DNA of 57,012 bases, counting the filler, from Catajapyx aquilonaris (lineage: Eukaryota), in the NCBI GenBank assembly GCA_000934665.2. It is 2 parts of 2 records of this genome, joined end to end, with 100 filler letters (N's around TTAATTAATTAA, not from the genome) between each part and the next. Parts side by side here need not be neighbours in the genome. Positions count along the whole stretch, not along the records: positions 28,574 to 57,012 come from JYFJ02004915.1; 1 more part is not named here. One strand, 5' to 3'. The position numbers and the translations under genes are program-made. Of the stretch, positions 35,414 through 47,100 are shown piece after piece. The notes under the pieces were generated by a model. It saw only the letters and a program-made list of their open reading frames with translations. It did not search any database and had not been told where the DNA came from. Every line of letters starts with the position of its first letter. Position 1 is the first letter of the stretch.

Positions 35414-38400
35414 TGAATTGCTATGATTTTTCGATTGGGAGTGGTCCACTGGAGCATTTGGCAGCATCAATTGTCAATGATAGAACCCATTTTTTGCAGA
35501 CTAACCCCTCCACCAGTTCGGATCGTCCACTTCTGCTAAGAAACACCTTGCGTAATGGGGAAGGAAATACATAAAAAGTTCATAATGACGTACTTCCTTT
35601 GTAAAAACATGTAGCTTGTCAGCTCCTGTAGACCGCATGTATAGACTCATCAATCAGTGTAAACCGAGTGATTAGATGGGCGTCCTCTGGTCTTCCCATA
35701 GCTCGGTCACTTGTGATATAGCCCAAGTAAAAAAAAATGGCCAATGGTTTGCTATTGCTATACAACAGTCTGCACTCAAGTTAGGTAAAGGTTAAGGGAA
35801 AAAGCCTTGTCATTTTGCTAAAGTGAAGGTGCCTACTTAGGGGGAGGATATGTTTGGGCGAAGCATTTTTGACAGGTAGCATACAGTATATCTATAATCC
35901 CTTCTGCAGCTTGAACTGCACGTCCTTCTGTTCGTTTTGTGGCTGATCCTAGCCGTACGTCTGGTATTTAGAGTGGTTTGTACCTGTACTGCTTGTGCTG
36001 TATAGTCGTAGCAGTAGATAAAAACGACTGAGCTCATAAGGGCTCATAAGGACCATGTCCCATTTGGTTCTGCGTTATCTGGCATCTGCTGATGCGGGCT
36101 TCCTAGTGAAGTGGTTTCTGCACATTGGCTGTCGCAAACTAGTAAGTTATCAATCCGAATCACTATAACGTATAAGTTTTCCCTGTTTCTTATCCAAATA
36201 TACTGAGTGATATAAAATAACTAAGTTCGATTAAATTACACAAAAGCTGCATAAATTAAGCGAATGGTGCATTATGCCCTTATAATATTTTTTGTCCAGG
36301 AAGTGCATGCATGTTCAAGTGTTAATCGTGAAAGTCACGGAGTTTGACCATAATTTATAGTATTACGAGGATGTAAGGTAATTGTTTAAAAAGTCAGCAG
36401 ATTCTGCTACAATGGGGAACTAGCCTTGGTCTGGGATTTGGGATTTTTGTTCATAACTAGCTAGCCCATGCCTGTAAACATACATTCCATCACTCTGTTG
36501 CATCAAAATGACATTACTGGATAAATTACGGCACATTTAAAAGTGCCTTCAAAATTGGCGGGAAAAACGCCGGAGCCAATCGAAAGGGTACACTGAAATG
36601 CCTGGTTGACTGCGAGAGATGAGGAATTTGACTTTGAATTAACCGCGGACACGACGGAAAGCATTTGCAAGGCGGCTGTAGGCCATCGAGGTGGAGAAAG
36701 GGGGCCTTCATGTGCCGAATTCGGGTGACAGATGATTCCTGCCAGTTGGCGCCTCTGCCAGCCCCTAAGCTGATTGAGCGGCGTGAAGTAAAAACGCGCC
36801 CCGGCCGCTATCTTGCTCATGGAATGGGACGGTTGCTAACCACAGCGAAGCATTTTACAACAATGACGGGGCGCGTTCTATAGCATCATTTTTGCGTTCA
36901 TTTCACTTCGCGTGACGTCAACATTTTCTAGGGAAACAGTGACGTCACCATTTCCCTACATAAAAACCCCAATTACTCCGGAACTAAAGCTGATATCTTA
37001 AAACGGAATATGCCAAAAAAATCCAAAAAATATGGGCGAATTTATTATGTAGTTTCCAAAATGAAGGCTACTTCCCCATTGTCACAATTTTTATAGGAGT
37101 GCATACCAAGAGTGGAAAAGAAGTGTGATAGGTCAGGGTCATATATTTTTATCCAATAAAACAATTATTATTGCATATTAACAGAAACGAAATAATTTTC
37201 CTGTGAAATACAAGAGCAATAATGCAGCTAATCTGAACCACTGAGTCAGTAATGCAATCATGATGATGCTGAACGTCAAAGACGACCCAGAGAAAGTCCA
37301 AGTGAGCCACGTCCTCTCCTGTGGGGTCTAAAACTGCATCACCCTAATCCAAATCGATATCATTTCATTGGCAACAAACAGGCGGGCTCTTCCTTTGGTG
37401 AAGTTTGGCAGTATTAGCATAGAAAGTGGTCGGCCGCCTTTTAGACATCAAACCTTCTCTCTCTCTCCCTCTCCCCGTCTCCATCCCTCCCTCCCTTTAT
37501 ATTTCCCTGGTCTCCGCCGTAGCTCGGAAAGGCTTTTAACAACGGAATAAAAGCCGGACTTACGTATGGCCATGAGTAAGTCAAAGTCAGGCTTGGAGAC
37601 AGGTCATGTTTACATAGACCGCCACACAAACCGCTGGGATGTATGGTAAGCCTAATGGTTTTCCACCGCGATCTTTTCCTCCCATAACCGCTGATTTACT
37701 GCTTCTTCATTCTTTAGAAGGGGGCGTTTCACGTGGAACATGAAACGAGAAACTCATGTAAACTATTGTGCATTTATAGGTTCGACTGCTGCTGGCCTCC
37801 ATTCTCTCCCGAGTCTTGGGTCTCAAGCTGTGGACGCCATAAACCCCTCCTACCCAAGCCACCCCCACCCCCACGCCGTTATATAGGCCTACATCGCCAT
37901 GCACATCAGTGTAACTCAATAAAAGTCGGAAGAAATAGGCTGGAGGACAAAAGGGGGTGCCTGCTTACCAGCTCTTTGCCTTTCTCAAGCCCAGGCCACA
38001 GTCAGCAGAAAGAAAAATGTTTGCCTTAGCATGGCTTCCCCCCAATAAGCGTCCCCTTATGGTGTACTAATGGCCGGAGCAGCCACCGCCCTCTGGAAAA
38101 GCCAGAGAAATATCCTCGGCTGGTCCAGACATCTTTTCATTCCACAACCACTACTGCAAAAAATAAAAAAAAATAAAAATCTTGCTACTCCTTGTTGCGC
38201 CATAAATTTCCTGCCGTGTGCTCAAAACTTTGCGCCGATATAATGTGACAATGTGTCGTTGGCCGACATAAAAAAGGAGGCCTGCAGCCCCAGCCGGCTT
38301 TTATGGATCTAGTATACATATCTATGGAGGTCATATGTAATTACTTGATACCCGGGAGGAAACATTACACAAATCCACATCTTGACAGCACTCAAGTGGA

Positions 38401-38841
38401 AGGTTTATGGCCGACTGCACTTACTGTACATTAAGCGATATATTTCACAAAAAGTAGGCCTAGGTTAGAAAGTAATAATAAATCCTGCAGATAGAAGTCT
38501 GAGTGCAACAAATAATAGAGAACGTACCAAATTGCTACTCAAGGACAACCGAGTGGGTAGGCTACTCAGGAAAATCCAGGAAATACTAGAATATCAAAAT
38601 AACGCTGTTGTGTAATACTGTAGTGCATATCAGCTTCGGGCGTAACAAACGTGCTGCACGTTGTGTAGCCTACTTACACTACAGTATGTACTTACACTGC
38701 AGTATGCACTTACGGCTATGAAATGTACAGAATGGCTTTCATTTTCACTAATTTTTAGAGACGGAATTTAACCATTGATTACCCTCATAATGTTATCATT
38801 TCAGCATCATGCTACATTGTAGTAAAGTTCTAATGGAAAGG

Positions 38842-38844
<3 letters not shown>

Positions 38845-38922
<78 letters not shown>
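38845..38922. repeat. (AAT)26 microsatellite
   Basis: Uninterrupted AAT run of 78 bp. Confidence 0.97.
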
Positions 38923-38925
<3 letters not shown>

Positions 38926-39239
38926 GTGGGTTAGGAAAAGTGTACATCTGACTGGGACTGGACGATGACTGACAATGACTGCAGGGGTGAATGACATCCT
39001 CGAGGTTGTTAACTTTGTATCTAGTTTCAAACCAGTACTGCGTGGTCTTACAGTCACCATTCTAGTATATACGGTACTGTATGAACAAGTCGAAGGAATT
39101 GAATACATCTCCCAATAAGTATGGGATTTATGGGGGGGGGGGGGGGNGGGGGGAGGAAAATATATTATCTTCAGAATCTGCATACAGACTTCAGTATAGT
39201 TACATGATAGTTTCTTTTTTTACGTTTAGTTACGTATAT

Positions 39240-39292
39240 ATTTTTATTTATCTTACCCCGTTCTGGGCCATATTGGCCCCTTTGGGGGGAGT
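39240..39292 (-). mobile_element. Retroposon 3' end related to the SINE tails
   Basis: Minus strand actccccccaaaggggccaatatggcccagaacggggtaagataaataaaaa resembles cactcccctaagaggcccatggctctagcacggggtacaaa of the 6692-6925 SINE. Confidence 0.5.
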
Positions 39293-40455
39293 TACGTATT
39301 ACATGGGATACATATCAATGTCCAACTTTACATTGACTGGAATGGCTGGGTTTACGAGCAGTGACTGATCAAAACATGCATACTGACTGCTCTCGTGCTT
39401 AACCTCTCAGGCTATGCTGCAGTTACATAATAATGGAGTAATACCCCCCATTTCAGTCTTTCTCAAGTGTAATTTTTCCGCTATTAATAAGGTTTTAAAT
39501 GCCAAGTCATTACGGTATTTAATTATGGTAAGATGAAATTAAATGTAAACACTTCAGACTAAATATTAACCTTCACTGCATAATGAAATATAGAGAAATA
39601 CAAAATCTCCTCCACAGGCAAAACGTATACAGTATAGGCCTATACATATGTGTATAGAAACACTGGGTGCAGTCGCTTGCAAATCGAAGTAAATAAGACT
39701 CGTGCTGCCCTAGTTGGTCCCAAGGTCGAGGAATTAGGATACACAGCATACATCAGCATAATGCTGCCACATGAACATTGTAGGATAGGTTATAACCCGT
39801 GCTCTTCTTTTTTTTAAACAAAAATTTAACGGTATACTGTTCAAACTTGTATCGACCAGGCCAGCATGGTGAGCTTACTATTCTGCACATTTTAACTTTG
39901 ATACTGTAGCCTCTAAGGCCTGGATGCACTTCATTTAGTATAGGTAGATGGCAAACAGTCCCCATTAATGGCATATAAATAAGGATCATGTGAAAGCAAT
40001 CGGAATTGAAGAGACCTTTCAGGTCGCTTGATGGACATTCAGGGCTGACTCTAGGCATTTGGGAAAAAAAGGGGTCAGCATGGAGAGGAAAAAACGGGCT
40101 GAAGGCACGCACTTCCCTTCCATGTTTTTGCCTTCGTTTCCAGCTTCATTGAAAAGTTGATTTCAAAAGCCACGAACTCTTAATTGGAGAGCAGCATCGG
40201 TGATCAAAAGCGGAAGCCCACGGCGCGAAAGGACCAGAGTCTGCAGCTGCTGAGGGATATTAAAATCCTAATCCAGAATATGTAGGTAATGTTGCTATGA
40301 GACTATTTTACAAAAGGTGCCGCTTTTAAAATGACATGCACACAAGAAGGGTGTTAAGTATTCACAAGAAACCAACACGTTCTTGGGTTACTTACACTAC
40401 GTGCAATATACTGTAAGTTACGAGATATATTAAATTTTGCAACAAACTTTACTAA

Positions 40456-40627
40456 GAGCCGCGGTGAAATCGGCCGTCCGGTTTCACCGAGCTCAGTATA
40501 TTATAAATCCGAGTTTCTTTTCGAAAAATCCTCAGTTTTTATTGTTGACAACAATGGTTCCTATGGCAATTCGTGTTATAACCGAGGTTCTAAGTTATAC
40601 TGACAGTGAGCTCGGTGAAACTGGCCC
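40456..40627. mobile_element. Small Harbinger-like MITE (TAA/TTA flanks)
   Basis: taa|gagcc..ccggtttcaccgagctca / tgagctcggtgaaactggccc|tta. Confidence 0.6.
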
Positions 40628-42792
40628 TTACTCAGAAAGACAGTGTCAGTAAATGTCTGCAATGGCTCTTTCCCAGTAGACCATTTGAATATAAATACAA
40701 ACATGTGACCAATGTGTTGTCACAATATATCCAGCAGAATTACTTCTTGCTATGTCCACAAAGTTCAGAAAGCACTCTCTGACAGTGAGGCCATCGTACT
40801 CGGATATGCTTACCATTGAACAGAAAATCAGCTAATATATTGGTAGCCTAAAAGGTTACTCTTACAATGTAGCCCTATACTGCTTAAAAATAAATAGTGT
40901 AGTGCCAGAAATCACTAACACTAGGAACATTTCAATTGGAACACCCTGTATACACGGTACAAAACAGGAAACAGCAAAAATTTTACATTGTGATGCAACT
41001 ACTGTACATGACACAAATGCAATAATTACCAATTTACTACATCGGCATGTTCTATGATTTAGGCAATATGAATATTCCACATATCCAAATTCGGCCGTTC
41101 AATAATATACGCAAATAATGCTTATTAGTAACAGTCATCCTGCGTGGATTCACGGTGTGCAAACCGGAAAACGGTGTCGTCACCCTCCTTGTCTGAAGAG
41201 TTAGCATTTACAAAAGGGGTAAACAAGCCGTTTCCTCCCGCCTTGTGGAAAGCATCGACGTGAAAAGATCCCTGAATATTCAGAGGATAAGAAAAGGGGG
41301 CAGAGGGCGAGGTCAATGGCAGTTCCATCCGAGCCAATCCTCCCGGCGAATGGAAGTTAGGCCTTTGCACCTCGCCTTCCCCCACTTCGTCTCCCTCGGT
41401 GATTTACCGCTTCCTTCCAGACCCCAGGAAACTCCGTTCTAAACGGGGGGGGATCTCTGGATATAGACCATCCTCTAACAAGACGAACAGGAAGTCGTCA
41501 TTCTCATTCATGACATTCTCAATCTAACTCTACCTTATCACCAGAATTAGCATTCTTCTCCAATCTTCTCCCTTCCTGCTGGACTCCCTCTTTTTAGTTT
41601 GCGGAGGTCACTTGCGTTATACTTACCGCAAGAGCACCCTGGGACTAACCCAAGTCAGGACAAAATGGGGCATGGGGTGGACTTTGGGGCTGACTGGACT
41701 GGATTTTTATTAGTAGGGGAGGAAAGAGGGGGGGGGGGCCTCCGTCTCTTCTTGTTTGCCCAGACCCTGGACATAGGGGCCGGAGAGACGGGGCCCACCA
41801 TTTCCTGCTGGGGGTAGGAGGAAAAAAAAAAGAGAGCAAGTAAACACAGAGACCTAAAACTCCCTATCCACATCTCCTTTTCTACCGCCGAACCCATCCA
41901 CATGCTTGGACACCGCAGTCCCCTGCACTTTTTCCGCGGACAACTGGAAAGGAGGACGGGGCCCCCACTATTTTCGCCCCTATCTACTGAAGGCCGCTTC
42001 CTTTTGCACTCACGCGGCTGGAATTTCAGAAAGGGGGGTTCCCTGGAAAACATGACACTGGACTTCCTTTATGCGAAAGTCCTTCGCCCAGTGCAGAATT
42101 CTTCCGTCACTGATCATTACGTCTGCTGCTCACTACTGCTCTGCTGGCTCACAACCATTTTTTTTTTGTTCCTCAAACAAAATTTCTTATTCAGAATACT
42201 GTCTTCATGTTGGCATGATGCAAATATTGTTGCCATTGGGATAAAATAGTGTTTGGAACATTTGTGCAAATAAAATTGATTCCTTCACCTTACTGTACGT
42301 AAGTCATATCTGAATAGGAGACTTCATTCAGGGTGTGTCAAAATTCCTCAAGGGCGTAGGAAATATCTTTTCAGTAAGACCACCTGGATTTTACTAGGCC
42401 GATGGTTGGAGGGGGGGAGGGGCGCATAACCACCTAAGGAGAATGTTTGTTTTCCCATTCATAGTGGGACATTACTAACACGTAGTTTCCGTCATATACT
42501 GTAAGGACACCTCCCAGCCCAAAATAACATAAGTTAATGTGTTTTGGTCTTGCATAAGGTGAAAGTATCAGCCTATCTGACCTCTTAACTTGTAATTTGC
42601 CCCTCCGTAAACAAGATACTGTAGGCACAGGTCAGGCACGTGTAGAGTAATTATTCTTACTGAAACCTGTGAATGTTGTGCAATCCTTTTCCTTTAATCT
42701 GCATTTGTATTTAAGTCCTCATTTGGAGAACAGTATTGATTGTATTGCAGTGGATTTCAGTTTTAAAATAATAAAATACATAGGATAATATA

Positions 42793-43356
42793 CAGGGTGT
42801 TTATTGTAACTCTGCAAAGACTTTCAGGGGTAATAGAGGGGACCAATACAAGTATTTTTGACATAGGAACCCGTGTCCGGAAATGCCATCTAGAGGGGGT
42901 TCATAGACAAGGAACGGGTGCGCTCAGACGCGTCAGGCGAGAGGCGCTAGGAGAGCGTACTGTTTTGTTGGTAGATGGTGCACAGTTGTTGCCAGGTTAT
43001 GGCGTATCGCGTTGTTGTAAGTAAACAACAACGCGATGTGCCATAACCTGGCAACAGCAGAGCCATCTAGCAACTAAAGTCCACTTCCTAGGAGACGCGC
43101 GGATAGTCAACATCGGTTCTGTTGTTGCCAGGTTATGGCACATCGCATCGGTGTTTACTATTCGAGCGCGCCATCTATCAACAAAACAGTCCGCTCGCAG
43201 AGCGCCTCCCTCATGAAGCGTCTGAGCGCACCCGTTCCTTGTCTATGAACCCCCTCTAGATGGCGTTTCCGGACACAGGTTCCTATGTCAAAAATACTTG
43301 TTTTGGTCCCCTCTATTACCCCTGAAAGTCTTTGCAGAGTTACAATAAACACCCTG
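42793..43356. mobile_element. Tc1/mariner-type MITE with ~185-bp TIRs and TA TSD
   Basis: TA|CAGGGTGTTTATTGTAACTCTGCAAAGACTTTCAGGGG.. mirrored to ..CAATAAACACCCTG|TA. The ORF track shows near-identical peptides on both strands (42797+, 43352-). Internal repeats gttgttgccaggttatggc. Confidence 0.93.
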
Positions 43357-43729
43357 TATATCTACCCAATGCATTTTTAAGTAGGCAAGAGAGAAGGACA
43401 TAGAAGTTCAATTTATGCGTTATTTATGGCATATTTATGATTTCAATTAGCTATACAACGTCTCAATAACTACTACTGAAACGATTTCCGAATTCCAAAT
43501 TCAGAATTGGTTGGCAGTAAATTTTTGTTTAAATATTCACGAAAATCACGAGAGCCATATTATTATATCACATTTCTTTAGCTATCATGTGACACAAACA
43601 TCACCATCTCGATTGAAGCATTTTTCTGAGTGTGATACTGTAACAGATTATGTAAGCATATGCCCAGCATTTTCGCAGCATATCATTTTCTCTCTTGGAC
43701 ATTCCGACATTCTCGCCTGCTAAACATGT

Positions 43730-44120
43730 TCTGGAGGTAGTGAAACATGAGAAAGTCACAAGGCCTGGTTCATGGTCTAGATTGTTTTAAGATTGCTCGA
43801 ACGAGTCCCACTTGAGCCGTTGCAAAATGACTCAAGACAATGCCTAACTGCACAGTTCACAAACTGGAATTACTCAAAATTTCAAACAGTTAAAGTGGAG
43901 CAACTTGGAGCACCCATTGGTTCAGACTCATGGTTCATACCTTGTTCCGAGTGACCTTCATATGTTTTGCCACCACCAGACATTCTGTGGCAGGGAGCAC
44001 AAGGGATGTCCAAGTTGCGCAGATGCAAGGTTGGATGCAAGAATGGTCTATAGAGGCTTCAAAGTATAAAATGATTTGATTGACATGGGGTTTGCATGCG
44101 GTGGTAGCTAAAGCTACGCG
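43730..44120 (+). pseudogene. Decayed mariner-family transposase fragment
   Basis: From 43833: QDNA*LHSSQTGITQNFKQLKWSNLEHPLVQTHGSYLVPSDLHMF, matching mariner HDNARPH....F.WEVLxHPPYSPDLAPSDFHLF. Outer limits are approximate. Confidence 0.6.
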
Positions 44121-47100
44121 ACATCATGTGAGTATGTTAGTTTTTGCTGAAAAGTGTTTTTACAAAATTTTGTGGCAAAATGGTACTTACGCGTACTGTA
44201 CTTCTGGAATACTGTACCTGTAGTAGAAGTAGTACAACTGCAGTATTAATTTATTGTTATTGTGCAGATATTTTACGTCTATAACGATTTATTCCAGTCA
44301 TTGAAAATGTTCAGTACAAATGATAAACACCACTGAAAATTATTTCACAATACAGTACAAATCAACTGTCGAGTAATTTATCTATTAAAAATTGAGTACG
44401 CATACAATTCCATGGAACTGGTTTTATTTGTTCTGCATATAGCTATGAGCTATGCAGCATCCGAAGCCTTTTCATGCTGCACTGTGTTATACAGCATCAC
44501 AACAACAAACGGAATCATGTACAATTTCAGTCGTCCAACCTTATTCATAATTATGCCATTATTATTATTCTGCCAACCGCAATAATTCTAAACTAGAGCA
44601 CAATTACGACGTTAGTGACGGCAGGTAAGTGTGCTTCACAGCAATTACAGTTAAGGGGGTATCGGTAAATTCCAATTGGCATTAGGCCCACCGCATGCCT
44701 GGCAATCAGCAGCAGCAATACCACGCATTACCATTTGATGAGTGTTGTGGAAACACGTGTATCATGCAGATTGAACAAATGAAGCAGTCATTTCGAGCAC
44801 CGGTTAATGCTTCAGCCATTTATGTTCGTTCGGACCAGGAGGCAGAGTCCCCACGGGATTTCCAATTTGCGCGTCATATTACCAAGCTGCTCCGATGCAC
44901 AATAACCATGTTAAAGTTGAAATGTTTAAAAAAAATAAAACGTGTTTCGGCTGCTTAGACTTAAATCTGGCTGGAAATATCTAAGTGTAGGTCTGGAACT
45001 TCCCATGCGGATTAATGTGCAACATTCCCACGCACGCAAGAGATGTCGGCCGAATTCATTCTAGCGCACATTCCACACACTGCAGACTCGAGTTGCATGT
45101 GGCACTTGACTGTACATAGAGTACAGAAACAGCGGCAGCTGGAAAGGAAGTTCGCCGAATAATCTCTCACGTGTACCACATTCAAAGAGGCGGAATAGCC
45201 CATTCTTACTGTGAAAATGTGGGCAAGGACATGATTGTTCCCGCTAGCCTTTCGTGCCTTAAATAAAATGTCTTTAATTAAGGCGTTTCCTGCTAAAAGA
45301 GGCCGCATTCGCGAAAGTGAGAGTGGGACAAAATTTTTAGCATCCGCATCTTCTAAGTAGGTTTTCCTGAAACTCGCAATATAATTTTTTTTTAAATTAT
45401 GCCTTGAGGGAGGCAACAAACATCATTTCGCGTGACACAACGCACATTTTGTTTGCAAAATAATATAAGTTACTGATGAACTATTGTGAGATGTCTAGAA
45501 GAGATGTCGTGACATAATAATTATGAACAAAGTAACAAATTGAGTTAAGAGGTATCATTTTGGGCTTTTATTTACCCTGACTTAACTTCAGGTGTTTTAT
45601 ACTAGAGTTTATAATCGCATTATGCAGAAAATGATACTTAATTTTAAGTGTTATAAAAACACGGCAAGGTAATTTCTCCATAATGGGTTTATCAGCAAAT
45701 TATAAAAGAAAACAAAAAATATACGTGGCCATTCAAAGGCAAAAATGTGTCGAGTCCAGTCTTTTCTAACAGTCATTGAGGTTCCACACAAAATGTGATC
45801 CAACCTCACCAGACTTTTTATTATCCTGTAAGAATTTAAAGTAACTTTGTACTTCAATTTCAAGAGCCACAAACTTTGTGACAACTTGTCGAAGTCCTTA
45901 CAAGATCAAGGTTTAAGAACATGTGTGGCTGCAATTGGTTTCTGTTCTCCAAAATAAAAATACGATACATAACCCAAAATATAGCGTATAATAATATATA
46001 ATTAACAAAATCTACCAAAAAATATGTATCTTTAGGCCTAACGTAAGTCGAATCCCTATACCAGATAGGACAGGATAGGCCTATATCATATTTTACTAAA
46101 TGAATCATATTTACATTTCTGAAGCGAGAAATTTTCCCTATACAATATTCCTCCATGTTCACCATTTCTCTCTTTTCTGCGCATTATAAAACCTATATTG
46201 CAATAAGAGTGGCTGAAAAGGCCTACTCGTAAAGGCCCCTGTTTCCAAGACGACTCGATTGGATTTTCACGGTCCGATTTTCGGCAGTTGTGGTGGAATC
46301 TAAGGCATGCATCTTGCGCTGTCATTCATGTGCAGTAGGACGGGATGAAGAAGGGGTAATCAAGTAGGAGATAAAGTGGCTGGCGAATCTGCGAATGGAG
46401 TCTCTCTCCTCTCTCCGTGTCGAACTCTCAGGAAGGAGGAGATTTACTTCCTCGGAGCAGTTGTTGGGAGAAAGGAGAATTGCAGACGATGATCCCTCTA
46501 CTTTCTTTCCTTGCCTTTAAGATGTTTTATAGCAAAGAGAGCCATTTGAATAAGCCCGCCTTCTGATTTCTCATCATTGCCCCGTTTACAGCTCTCAGAG
46601 GATTTTGTAAACAAAGCGAGTTTTTTTTTTTTTGCTCCTCAGAGTTTGGCCTCTTGTCCCAATCTCGGAAACAAAAACCCCAAGCACTCTTTTATGACGG
46701 TTGCCGAAGGATGAAAACTGCAATTTTTTAAGTCGCTGGAGAATTGCAATCTCGAAAGCCTTAGTGAAAGCTATACTCGACTGTATAAATGCCCCAAAGC
46801 TTTACAACAGTAGTCGTAAAGAGTGCCTTCGGCAGAAGAATGTGGCAGAGCTAGTCAAAGTTTCAAGAAGAAAGCTGACGGTGACGTAAGGTGAAGCGGA
46901 ACAATTCCATACACTTTTTTGATATACGAATATTTTCAGTGTTTACTGTCCAAAATTATAGGTTATGTTCAATATACTTGTCAGTAAAACATTTGTATGT
47001 CCTTGCATAATAATACTATATATTATGCAGTCGACAAATGTTGATAACATTACCGTAACATACAGTATTACACCAATCCCCCCTTCCATTCATAAGTTAC

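Noticed and set aside
38830..39183. Poly-Ile ORF (and poly-SL/ER ORFs at 50832-51270)
   Set aside because: These are translations of (AAT)n and (CT)n microsatellites.
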